In this document: positions 37,595 to 50,000 of the stretch, in pieces | Numbering within the stretch: position 1 is the stretch's first letter | How the letters are laid out: the number at the start of each line of letters is the position of its first letter | Assembly: GCA_000708835.1 (NCBI GenBank) | Contig: DF236965.1 | Coordinates: 186,001-250,000, forward strand | Direction: 5' to 3' | Source: Klebsormidium nitens | Taxonomy: Eukaryota > Plantae > Klebsormidiophyceae | Length of the DNA: 64,000 nt | Translations under genes and position numbers: made by a program | The notes under the pieces: generated by a model | What the model was told of the DNA's origin: nothing | What the model saw: only the letters and a program-made list of their open reading frames with translations | The model's database searches: none

Positions 37595-39788
37595 CTAAGC
37601 TGCCGATGCAGCCAATCGCTGCTCTTTGTCAGATTCAAACACCATCCCTAAACCTGATCCCCTTCTCAACCTCTCGGATCGAACCCCAGGCTTCCTAGCT
37701 TTTCGCTTGCCCCGCCGTCGCCTGCGGGGCGAGGTGCCCCGGACCAGGCTCGCTACCCGAAGGCTGCAGACAAGCTGGCTGCTGCTGCTGACTTGCTGGC
37801 TGTCGTCTCTGCTTTCTGGGTTTCCTACTGGGCTGGCTAACCACGCGAGAAGCAGGACGAACAGCAGGAAGGGCCCACTTGCCAACAGCCGCTGCTGCGG
37901 CAGCGGTGGCGATGGAGCTAGGGGGGAGGGGGGGCAAGTGGAGCGGTGGAACAGGGAACTCCACGGCAGGGAGTCTGCAAATTGAGGCACCTTGCTCAAT
38001 ACAGGGTGAGACAGGGAGACGAAGGTCCTTAAGAGAGACAAAGATGTAACTCAGCTTCTCATCCTAGACTCAGTAAACCGGCTTACTGATACTCCAGAAT
38101 AGTGGCAGTCCTATGTACAACCCTTCCAAAACCGTCAAAACCGCCCTATTCTAATAAACTTCGTCGAACCCGTCCTTTTCTGATAATCTTCCAAAACTGT
38201 GTTTCACTTGCGCAGTGTGACACTGCTTTCTGTTCAGGTTCAAAGATTGATTTTCACTTGACCAGTGATGCCACCGCTTCACTGAACAAACACAGGGAGC
38301 GAAACCGCCGATGAACCCTTTCTCCATTCAAGCCCTTAGTCCACTCGAACAACAAAAAAGCGCCGGCCATCAGTGAGTCACTGAAGGCGCTACTATGGTT
38401 TCTGACTGAGGCAAATCAGCAAGGCGTATAACAGTCCCCCCCACAGCCTGCACAAGCTGAGCCATCCTAGCATCCACTTGCAGGACAGCCTTCCTTGAAG
38501 CAGCACTTAGCCGCCCTGAAGAGTCCACAGAAGGAGACCTGTCCTTTCTTCGGGTCACACACGTACCACTCGAAAGCACTGCAGGCTCTGTTCCGTTGCT
38601 CTTCTTGGCCCCTCTCCCCCTGGACCTTCCAGGGGCGGTCGCGGCCGCTGGTGGGAAATGGTACATCTGCCGTCGGGCGAGCTCCTCGCGCAGCGCCGCG
38701 TTCTCCAGCGCAGTTGCTGTGACGGCCCTGGATAGCGACCGGACTTGCTCCTCCAGGCTCGCGCAGCGCTGCTCCATGTCCTGCATCCGCTGTTTCTTGC
38801 GCTCGCGGCTCTGCGAGGCAGACTCCCGGTTGCGGACCAACCTGCAAAGAGAGGAGCAATACAATGAGTGAACAGCAAAGACTTGGAAGGCCAGAATATA
38901 TGATGTCATAAAGCTCAGCATGTCTTTAGCGGAGCTGGAACATAGGACAGCAGAGTCAGCAGTTCTGTCAAAAATGACGACGGTCGATTGCAACGCAAAT
39001 AGTCGACTGCAATGCAAACGAACAAAGCCAGCTTTGCGCACTGACAGCAATCTGGTCACCAATACAACAGATTAAAAATACAGCAAAAGGCCACGTGTTT
39101 GACTTGCAAACATCTTAAGAGCGGATGACATCACTTCATTCTTAACCTTCGTAATGAGCAGACACAGGCAAGAACTACGGTGTGTTAGCTTGACAACTTA
39201 CCTTGCTCGTTTCTTGCTGTCTTCTGGGCTATCCGCGTCTCCTTCTGAACTCCCATCCCCATCCTCGCTTCTCGATCGCTTTCCCTGGCCTCCTCCCAAT
39301 GAAACCTGTCCTGATTGAGCGGGCTCTTTCTTATTTGACTGCCGCTCGCTGCTGATTTGGCTTACCGAAGAAGAAGTCTGAGAAGCTCCTGCCTGCTTCC
39401 TCACAGTGCCAGTCACCGACGGCAATGGCTCAAAACTGGGAAGGGGAGTGCCCTGAGCATTCCCTACGGGCCAACCCCACATAGGGGGTTCTGCAGCCCC
39501 CTCAGCACTTTCAGGGAGCGGACCCAGCTTCTCAATATCCACAGTAAACTCATCCGGCCAGATCCTTTGAATCTCCTCTGCGTCTAACAGCTTCTCCCAG
39601 TCGCAGCTTGTATTACTCTCGGGGTCCAATGACAGGTCAGCAGCCCCGGGCCCTTGGTCAGGTCCTGACTGGCCAGCTTCAGGAGAGTCCCAACCAAAGG
39701 ACTGCCAGAGGTTTTCCAGCAGGTGGTCGTCTGCTTCCATGAGATCAGCCCCCAGACTGCCACACCGCTCCTCAACCTCCATGGCCAT
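37595..39788 (-). CDS. bZIP60: bZIP60-type membrane-anchored UPR transcription factor (IRE1 substrate), 3 exons
   Basis: Exons 39788-39202, 38841-38567 and 37974-37595. bZIP domain KKRARLVRNRESASQSRERKKQRMQDMEQRCASLEEQ...LENAALREEL, then EPAVLSSDSLPWSSL and a hydrophobic segment LLASGPFLLFVLLLAWLASPV. Confidence 0.88.
37953..38596 (-). other. IRE1 unconventional splicing signal (twin stem-loops, 23-nt intron) straddling the spliceosomal intron 37975-38566
   Basis: The spliced mRNA reads GGAACAGAGC-CUGCAGU-GCUUUCGAGUG|ACUCC-CUGCCGU-GGAGUUCCCUGUUCC. It forms two 7-nt CNGNNG loops on 5-bp stems, with a possible basal GGAACAG/CUGUUCC helix. The distance between the two CUG cleavage points is 15+8=23 nt. 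Confidence 0.85.
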
Positions 39789-40800
39789 CTCCGGCCAGCG
39801 TTAGTGCAATCGCATCGCCCCGTTGTTCGCGTCACAAGGGTTTAATAACCAACCGGCTCCCAACAATTTAGACTACTCCGCACAGCACGCAATTCCCAAA
39901 TCCCAACTCCTAACGTCCCTGACCGACTTTCCGGATGCAAATCTTCTCAAAGCGTTCCTACCTAGAAGTGTTCTGGCAACGACTTTGCTCAGTCGAAAAC
40001 AGCCCCTTCATGCGTCCTCCCAACTTCCATTGGCATGAGACCAAGCAGTCCGATCCTCCATGGGCTCCAAGCAGGACGTGTAACTGAGCCATGCCAAGCC
40101 CGCTCTCTGGCTAGGCTAGCTCCTGCAGTTACCTACTGTCAGTGTTGATTCAAAACAGAGGTACGGCGTACGGTGTCTTTGGCTTGCCCGGGCGTTGGCG
40201 GTCGCGTACCCTCTGCCCCAGCCAATCAATGAACAGGGAACGCGTCATTGAAAGCAAATCGGACGGCGCAGCAGCCGTTTCGCCAGATCGTGTGCTTCTC
40301 TAGAATAGTTAATATAGACAGAACGAAGCTAAGCTAATACTACGGTTGAAACCTAAACCCGATTGATCACCGCTCCGCACCCGCACCCACGTAGGTACTA
40401 GTCCTAAACCTACCCGTCCCAGTTAGGTACAATAACTTGAGTTAATACTCTACCCAAAAAAGAGAACGATCAGATCGTACGGCTTTCGAAGCCGCGTTCA
40501 CTGCTGGTGACATGGTTTCGCTGTACGACCAAACCCAAGTTTGTCCTAGCAGATTCGACCGTCCAGTCAACCCAGGTTTTTCATCGAAACCGTCCGTGTA
40601 AAGGACCGGACGGCCTTACGTGCACCGTTGATACAACGACCTTGACTTATGGTAATTTCACCCCGCACGTGTGACGCGGCAATGAGGCCGGCCGCCGCAT
40701 GACCCGAATTAATTCAGTGCAAGGTTCACCTTGCAGGCATTGACGTCATCGTTTCGTCACCGAGTGATGGCTGAATATATTCCTGTACGCGTTTTGTGAG

Positions 40801-40827
40801 TTTTCTTTTTTTTTTTTTTTTTTTTTT
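40801..40827. repeat. Poly(T) homopolymer
   Basis: ttttc followed by 22 T. Confidence 0.9.
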
Positions 40828-41661
40828 AGTAGCCGCTAGACCAAGCGCAAGACTCGATGACTGCGATATAGCAATGGATTATGATGGTCACTGGTACTAC
40901 CGGGACTAGTACCAAGGTCTATGCATGATAGGTGTATAAATATCAGCAGGAGTGGGCAAGGAGCGAGCAATTCGAACGTGCTCTTGACAGGTTGCCTGTT
41001 GTCTGCTAGGTCTGTGGAGCTACAGGTGAGACGGAACTGGGCGCTTGCATGGAGCCTCTCACTTGCCTTTCAAGTCTCCCGCGCGTCGGACTATCTCAGT
41101 ACATATACGTTTGGCGGATAGCTAACTCATGGACCACACTGATCGTGGCTGAATGCATCATCTTGCCAGGCTTTCTCCTTCAACCTGAGTTATCTATTTC
41201 TTGGGTACAGTTTTTATATGTAAGGTCGCAGCGTCATAAGAAGTTGGTATGAAAGCCGCATCATGGGAGGAAGTGTCTGTTCTTTCTTTTTGAAAGGATA
41301 CATGCTGAGTCACTTTGCACTTATTGAAGCAATCTCTGACTGGATTGGCAATGGCCGCCATGAATATTCCTGTGACATTAAAAAGCATAAATGTACATGG
41401 TGTACTTCTAGTATCCTAGCGCATGAATCTGACAGAAAGCCGCCATAATCTGCGGATTTTTCAATTTGTTCCTGTGGTCGGAGACAGGTGCCATTCTTTC
41501 GAATGATGAAAGACCTGACTTCTCACATAAACTCCTTTTCCAAGCTGCAGAATGCTTCCAATCTCAATGAATACCTGGTCTTGAAACCCTTTCATCATCA
41601 GATCCTCTTTGCCTCCTGGCAGCAATGATGGCCGTCCGACATCGCCTTTTCAGCCAGCCAC

Positions 41662-42855
41662 GTGCCGACGACGTTCTTGGTGGCACTGTTGCTTATCTTA
41701 GCGGATGGGGCTCCCGGTGTAACTAGTGGCCCTACTGCTGAGGAAAAACTTCAAAAGATGACCGAGCTGTTCAGCTACCTCCTAGACAAGGACATTCCAA
41801 AGTTCCAGGCGGGATTCACGGACGACGCAATTCATAAGTACGCAGGGGGCCCAGGGCTGCCTTATACCGGACCCTTCAAGGTGAGCTAGCGGACAGTCCC
41901 GCCTAATCAATGAGCGACCCGTTGCTATGACCAGTCTTCAATACAGGCAGGAGGATCCAGCCTCAATGTAGAAACAGAGACTATTATCTCGCTCAAAACT
42001 GACCTCAGCCCGAGTGCGCATGGTCTCAAAAAGGTGATACTTTCAATCGGACCTGGTTTTGATTGTCACTTCACATTTGGTCTCAATTGGGTCCCAACTT
42101 GCAAAGCTAAGCTTTCAGCTTTCTAAGGTTCCCTAGCCGTGTTTTCAGTGGCCTGCAAGGGAGAGATGGACTTCGAGTTCGCTTTGAGCAATTCGAGGAG
42201 GCCACGGTTTTGACCTTCTCAATTATGTACGAATCGATTAGTGGATTCCTTTGTGCCTGAATAAAAGGAATTCACGGAGAGGCGGCTGCTTTGATTTGCA
42301 TCTACTTTGCTATATAAGCAACAAGACTCCTCAGGAAAGAACGTTTCCCATCTTGCCAAAACCCCTTCTCTAGTCTTCGAATAGGTTCCTAGTGGAACGA
42401 CCTTTGCTTCTATATTGACCTAGGCCCCCATTCATCTTTCAATTCAATCAAAACAGAGGCGCCAGACATCCCTGCTTGGTCCACCTCGTTCTTGGCTTGT
42501 GCTTGATTGAGTGGTCTGCGTGTCACTACAGGGTCAAGACAGCTTTGTGCGGGCCCAAGAGATTTATTTATCCGTGTTCAACGCCACCCGGCGCTCTGTT
42601 GACCTTGCGGTCAGTCCGAGCACTGGCAAAGTGATTGCCCAAATTGATGCGGGGATCATAGGGATAGAAACAGGGGTGGAGTTTGATGAGGACTGTTTCC
42701 TCTACATAACTTTAAACGACGATCTTCTGGTCACTAGGATTATTGAGAACTGCAACTCGTTGGCTGAGTTCGTTGCTCTCCAGTCGAAGCCTTGTGCCAA
42801 AATGATTGAAGAGTGCGCAAAGCAGCACGACAAGAAGGGCGAAAAGGTTGAGTAA
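41662..42855 (+). CDS. SnoaL/NTF2-like (ketosteroid isomerase-like) domain protein with a signal-peptide-like segment; true start codon not resolved
   Basis: Exon ending 41880 (AAG|GTGAGC) joins in phase to exon 42532-42855. Peptide: PTTFLVALLLILADG...FSYLLDKDIPKFQAGFTDDAIHKYAGGPGLPYTGPFKGQDSF...LYITLNDDLLVTRIIENCNS. The D-A-x-H/W...G-P-x-G-L-P-Y-x-G-x-x-x-G pattern and the terminal strands resemble the SnoaL-like fold. Confidence 0.55.
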
Positions 42856-44081
42856 AGGAGGCTCGTCTAAGAATGGACTAGGGCAGAAGCTCGATAACAT
42901 GGCCAATACGAAGTCTGGATTTTAGCGCTCTAGCTAAATCGAAGCTAATGGACATCGGAAATGGCAGATAAGCACTAAACAAGGAAAGCGATCAATGCGC
43001 GAACTTGGATGGGGCTTTTGACATGGTTTGAGGATCTTAACCCAGTACTTCACCCACCATATAGCATTACAGTCGGATACAAGGCGTCCGATTTAGATTT
43101 AGGAGCTTGTGGAGTGCATGATATAGAGGTAGTTATCAGCGCCTGGAATGGTAAAGTTTGATGCGTACAGCTTGTATTGTATGGTATGTCCAATGACGGT
43201 GTTCAAGAAGCCTTCCAGCATGCTCATACACAAGTGAGTCCGTTCGCCATATTTCACCAGATCTTAAATTTTGCTAGCAATCTTCAATCAAATCCTTAAC
43301 ATGTATATTGAGACTCGAACCTCAGAGCTCTAGGCTAGCTAGCCATGATGCGACTTGCAAGGCGCCTGCCTGAGGAGCCAACACCAGTTTCAGAATCTCA
43401 CATGTGCCATGACACGTGGACGCGTTGCTGCTTAATGTGCAGACAGTTTGAGAAAGTGCACACCAAATTCTCCAATTCATGGTACCACGTGCACGTGCGC
43501 ATGCAAACGCTTAAATCCGACGACTGCCTGACATATATTGTAGTATTGGTGCAAGCTCAGACCCACTTCCAGTTGTGCGAATGTACACCAAATAATTGCA
43601 ATCTAGTGTCAAGTTGGAAGTATCGTACACGCCATTGCCTCAACCAGTTGACATGAGGAATAAAACCGGTGACCACTCACAGTCTGGGCTGTGAGTATAG
43701 CTACGTAATGACCACCGAAAACCTGGAGAAAGTGCCAACGCGTCCAGAATGCGTGCTCGGCACAAAGCCTTGACACCATCTCCAAGTCTGCCTCGGTCCA
43801 TCCTTTTAATACCAACCCAGCTTCTTCTCGGGGAAGTCGTAAACTCGGTCGAGGGTGTTGAGCTTATGTCACTCGACCAATCAGATCGCTGGGTTGGTTC
43901 CTGAAGACTCTTATCGAGCCTCCTAGACATGACAGAAGGCTCGGATCAAAGGCCAGAGTGTTCAGAAAGGTACAGTGGGCTAACTAGGAAAGCGGCTTGG
44001 ATGCTACATCCGCCTGGCAACAATGGTTCAGTGTCAAACATATGTTGGTATTTTACAGTGTCGTGGACGGCTTTGTCCGCC

Positions 44082-47000
44082 CTATGTCAAATCCTCCGCA
44101 TCCGTCGGTCGCCTACTTGACCAGCCTGTTCTAGAACTGGCTGCTTGCCTACTCGAACTCGCCACGCTATACACACTGGGCGCGGGCGTACTTCGTCCGT
44201 AAGTATCGAGCCCATCGCCGCCATACCCCATTGCTGCTTGGTGCACGGGGGACCGTGGTGGAACCCTCGAAGCTGGCCGGTACGCGTCGCTGATGTCACT
44301 GTCTTGGCTCGAGAGAGAGGACGTCCGTCGATGCTGCCTGTCCGTTCGGTTAGACGCTGCTCCAGGAGGCGGAGTAGAGATTGACTGGTTTCCCAAAGGC
44401 GGGGCTGACGTAGCTGCCGGAAGAGGGGGCTGCCACCCGTTAGGGGTTTGTGAGCTTGGTCGGGCACGGCTCTGAGAGGGTGCTGGTGCCGACCGTGCGT
44501 GGGGGGGTGGCGTCAGACCACCCCCGCTTGCTTCCATGAGGCCCCCTTCCTTGAAGCAGATGACGTTGATGCGAGTCCGCTTCAGCTCCTGCAGACGGGC
44601 TGAGTGCCTTGAGGACAGGGGCAAGAACGGCTGATCGTTCCAACGAGTAGAGCGGACATATTGCACCTAGTCCATCAGGCACCACAGAAGCTAATGCAAA
44701 TCAACACGTGCACAATGCACAATCCGAAGACTGCTAAGGCACAATTTTACAACCCTTGACGACAGCCTTGATGTTACTGTCGACCAAACTCAATCCCCTC
44801 GATCGTTGAACTCCGATCGTTACAGCGCGTCGGCATGCTCAACCGACTGCTTTCTCCCAGGATGCCTGCTGAATTGCCTGTGCCTGCTTGTTTCTCCTCG
44901 TGTCCGCTCCTCATTATCGAAGTCGAGAGAAAACAAACCCTCGGCGATCGTCCAGTGTCCTCACAACCAGACACCTCCAGACCGAACGCGCAATCTCGTT
45001 GCAAAATTCAAAAGCTTCGAAGCTTTGAATCACTTACCGGCTCCAGGAACCTGGCGTTGGCCGCCTTGGCCGCCGCCTGCGCTTCCTCGACTGCCCCCAC
45101 AGGGCTGGCCGCGGGTGACTCCCCGAGGTCAAGTTCGTCCGTACTGTCGGCCCTGCTGGTGCGCCGCGAGTGGCCTGGGGTGCTTTCGGCAAGAACCTTG
45201 TCCTGGAGCACGGCCCGCAGCGCCGTTACGGTTTCTTCGAACGCATCCGTCGCGAACGGCGCGAGCACGATGTCGAGGTAATCGACCTGTGGGGGAGAGG
45301 TTGGTGACCTTTGTTAGCTAACAGAGACTGGGGAGTAGTAAGGAGAACCTCGCCGGTAGGATCGTGTTAGCAAAGAGATTCGCAAGGTGAGTTGGACAGA
45401 AGCAAAGAAATGAAAGTGAGTATGGTCGGTGTCAGTGACAGAGGAAGTGCGGCATCAATTGGGACTTTCCACCAAGGTTGGGAGTCTCCTTCAAGGCCCG
45501 CGACGAATGCAGGACCATGGCATGGAGAAACAACGACTCCGCCACTAGAGACCAATCGCATGTCGCTCAAGTTACTTTGTCAAGATGCAACTCATTCGTC
45601 AAACGCTCCAAGCGAGGACACCGTGCCTCAGTTGAATCTGGGGTATGTTTCTCAGGTCGGAAGCAAAAGTCAAGTGCACAACGTTGTTAAACCAAACGAG
45701 TACAAACGCATGCTACTTGGCGGGCGAAGCCTCTACATCGACGACCATCGGCCGGCCACACTCCGCTTGCTCCCAGCAACGGGCGCGTACAGCGGATTCT
45801 CACCTCCAGCATCAGCTGCGCGTACCCGTTCGCGTCCAGCGTTCGGATGCGCTCTCGGCAGGAGCTGCGCAGGAAGGCGAACAGGCTCTCCGCCAACACG
45901 CTGATGGCCTTGCCCACGAACGGCCGAGCGCAGGCGTGCACCTGCAAAGAGGATCCGCTCCGCTCAGCCTGGTTCGACAATTCTGATCGACTCTGAGCGG
46001 TTAATTAAACGGGGTTGCTCTGCTTATGTCCCTAATGTCTAGCTGTCTTTCATCTTTCGACACTCGTGCCGGGGTCAAATCTGCGGGCCGGAACACGTTA
46101 TCTTTGAGATGCTCTTTGTGCGTTGAGTGACCTGAACTTTGATGGAGTACAAACGGCTTTCGAGTCGTGAGACAAGATACTCGGTGCTGTTCTTTTATTT
46201 CACGGTTCTTCTCTTTTGAGTCTTAAACGCCTTTTGCAGTCACCTGAATGTTTCATTTTCGTGCCGACATTGGTGTCCTTTCGGAAACTTCATGAGGTTT
46301 GAAAGTTCGTGTTTTCCGGATAAGCCGAGACATTTCCTGAGCCCCAGTAGCTTTGCTGCTACTCAACCTTCTGCTTTCCGCTTCTATTTTCGCGGCATTC
46401 CGTCTTTATCCTTCCATTGCCATTTCGAAACATCCAGTTGCAGTCAAAACAGCTCGAGTTCGGTACCCACCTCGGCATGGACCGCTACAAGGGGGTGTAG
46501 CAGCTCCAGGACTGCATCCCGCAGGCCTTTCACCGGGGGCGCCTGGCCCCACGGAGTGTTGTCCTCCAACAGATACGCAGTCACAGCAGGGCCCAGCAAC
46601 GCAGCCTGCACACCGAAAAGCCATCAACTAGTTGTCAGCTTAGTCCGCTCTAGCAGTTGACATACCTCTAAACCCCCTGGATGTCGAGGCCGTTCTCTGT
46701 CCATGTTGGTTTTCCTTTCCAAACGATTGAATTACGTGCAATCCGCGAACGAGATGGAAGATTCAGTGGAACGACTTTGGTTGTCGACTCCCAACGCGGT
46801 GAGTGATTATGAAGTGCACCTTATCTCGATCCCAATTCTTTCAATGCTCGCACTTTTCCGGAACTTTCTCATGGTTTCACGCAAAACCCAGATCTAGTAA
46901 CCCAACCCAATTGAGACCAGGAAAAGAAAGAAGCGGCGCGCCTCTAGGTTAAGCTCTGGAAGGCCCACCGCCAAGCTGCACAAAATCAGGACCAACCAAC

Positions 47001-50000
47001 ACATAGCCCCACCTTCCGCTCGAGGTAGTCTTCCAGCAGCCGCTCTTCCAGCGCTGACAAACTCTCCGACACCTCGGCGACTCCCGTAGCTCCGCTCAAG
47101 TCCTGCTGCGCCGCTGCGGCGGCTGCCGCTGCTGCCTCCCGCTCCTCTAGTTGCTTCTCGTAGTCGGGCCGGGGACCCCCCCGGTGGGGCCGACTCGGGC
47201 TGGTTGCAGGGTTGGTGTGGAGAGGGAGGGAGGAAGGGGTCCAGAGGGATTGGTACCTGTGGAGAAAGGGCGAGACGGCATTTGACATGTGTTTCTTTTG
47301 GTAGTTGAGGGGAGGAAGGGGCAATACTAGGTCGACCAGTGCGACGATTCAGTGACGTCTTGTAACACATGCTTTGTCTTGGTTGGTCTAAATCTTGCAG
47401 GGGAAGAAGAACGCAAGGACATAGACGATTGAGGAGCGCGAAGCAAATGTGAATAAGCAGTGAAACCTCCTTTCTGTGAGCTGGTACTGCACGACGGATT
47501 TGGCAACCTACAAAGCCACAACAAGCCGACCTCATGCCAAAGCCTGCCGTTTCTACTTCCTCGTCGTACTCATTTCTGCTCCCACTTTCTGCAACCAGTC
47601 AATGCTCTCCAGAATCGAGGCTGATCCGGATAATTGAGCTGTCGGCCACTCACTGCTTGACCAGCTCCCGCACCAGGAACGTCCGCACATATGCGCTGTT
47701 GCTGAGCAGCAGCATGATCTTCTGCTGCACGGACTCCGCGCGCCGTCCGACGGTGGGCAGGGCGAACTCCCCCTCGCTCGCGGTGTTCGGGCCCGCCCCT
47801 TCCCGGCCGTCCGGAGACTGGAGGCCCGCGGAAGAGCCGACGGCGTCCGTGTGCATCTTGGTCAGGCACTCTGTAAAGGTGCGGAGGGAAATGAGGGACT
47901 TTTACATGCATGCAGGCGGATGGTGATTCTTTCCTGGACAGGTACCAGACTAAGAGAGGAGCGTTCATGAGGAGCTTGAAAACACGCGCGGAGGACTTGT
48001 CACTGAAGCAGAGCTTGCCCGGAATCACCGTAGCCTCTGCTTGAAGTACATTTTCATTGACACCCAGTTTGACCCATTCTCATTCTCAAAGGCCTCAAGC
48101 AAAAAATAACGTCCGAAACAAGGCGAGGGCAGAAGGCCTCTGCGCACCTGTGTAGTCCTGGAAGCAGTCGAAGAAGGTGGAGCGGACGCTGTCCTGCATG
48201 GAGCGGACGGCGGACTCCAGGGCCTCGTCTTTTCCGAACTCCGCCAGCTGGCCCTGCGGCAGCGCACTGCACCAAGGAGGACACACGCAGATTAGAGCTG
48301 AGTCGTCGACTAGAATTATCGCACCCGCGCTTCGCCCGCCTGATGCACCACAAACCTCGGCTCAACAGCACAAATCGGAGCCAAGTCATTGGTAAAAGCA
48401 AGAAGGATGTAGGTATGTGAAATGAAAGCAAAGTCGTCGACTGGAAACAATCGCAACCGTGCTTCGCACACCAAATGCACCACAAGCGTCGGCTCGAAAG
48501 CACGAATCGGAGCCAAGTAAGCAACCGCAACCATACAGAGCACGCTGATGCACCAATGTTCTTGGCGCTTGTTGAGGATGTTGCACTGTCAGCATGGTGT
48601 GCTTGAACACTTCCGAAAGACGAGAGATCAGGAGAAAGTTTTGAAGCTGGTCGAACATGAGCAACCAGGAAACGGTAAAGATAAGCGGGGCCTGCTTACT
48701 CTGCCACGTGGTCCAGCGCGGTCGTCAGCATGTCCCCAAACCGCAGGGGAAACGCAGACACGGCATACGGGGTCAGATTCCGGGCCGCCGTTGGCACCGG
48801 AACCCAGTCCTCCTCGTACGAGAGCTCCCGGGTGGTGCCGCGCATCAAGGTGCACAGCCGCAGGACGAAGACACGTGTCACCTGGCGGTAAGGCGAATGA
48901 TCAATAAGTTTACAGGCTTATCAGCCCAGTTGTGCGTCCGGAAAAACCCTCTCCCTTAACTACCTGGTCTTTTGAACCAACTGTGTGAACCTTATACAGC
49001 CAATTTTCTAAGAAGCTTTTGGCGTGCCTCGAAAGAAGGTCTTCACACACAGCACTATCCAGGTCCGTATACAGTGACGTTCCTTGGAGGCTCGGTGAAC
49101 AGAACATGCCAGAAGGGTTCACTCAGTTGCAGATTGCTGGATGACTACGAGCAGATTGCATCATCGTCAGGCTCGGTACGTACCTCTGTCCGCAAGACCA
49201 GCATGGCCTGCACCGCAGAATGCGGCGCACAGTCCTTCTCCTTGAGCGCGCTGCACGCCTTGGCCACTTCCAGCACTGCTTCCCGCATGTACGGACGCAG
49301 CACCGTGGCCTCCGCCAACGTCATGAACGTGCTCTGGACCTGGAAAATGCAGGCGAGAGAAGGTCAAACTGGCTGTCATTCTGTTTTATGGCAGCCAATC
49401 TTACTGGGAAAGAAAGCACTTGATGATGCTCGGTTCAGCGCAACCAGGTCCTTAGGCCTGTAGGTTTCAAGCCCTGTGAGAGGAGTCTGACTCACGTAAG
49501 ATGAGCACAGGAGGAATGAAGGGTGACAACAGTATCCAGAATGCGGCTACTTCCGTCAATCTTGACACTGGGGTTCCAAAGCTCAAGCTGCAGTGCACAT
49601 TCACGAGGGGCACAAAGAGCCCTTTCAACCAACGAATGGTCCAAATCCAGGAATCATTTCAAAAACATATAAGGCCGTTGCCAAGTTTGATGCAGAGTCG
49701 TAGATAAGGAAACACATAGACCGAGGTGTCAGAGTACTCCGAAAGTCTGGAGCGTCCCTCAGGTATCCAGCCACTGCGCCTCGATCTGAGACAGTCGTAC
49801 CAGTGAGAATCCTCAAAACAACATCAATTCTCTCATCCTTCAGCAATTTGTAATACCAAGTCTGACCTTACAGTACTGAGGCTGTCAGAGCCACAGTCAA
49901 CATCCCCCGAACACTGGCATCGAGCAGTCAGACCAGCGTACTTCATGATACCGACAGCAGCAAAATCACCAGATTCCAGATTCAAAGCCAGTTGGCAGCG

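Noticed and set aside
40796-40830. GTGAG-poly(T)-TAG as a micro-intron or a retroposon poly(A) tail
   Set aside because: About 34 nt is too short for a typical intron, and no target-site duplication or SINE/LINE body was recognised.
49625-49846. 73-aa ORF inside SEC5 as an extra exon or nested gene
   Set aside because: No clear splice sites or recalled SEC5 similarity could be assigned.
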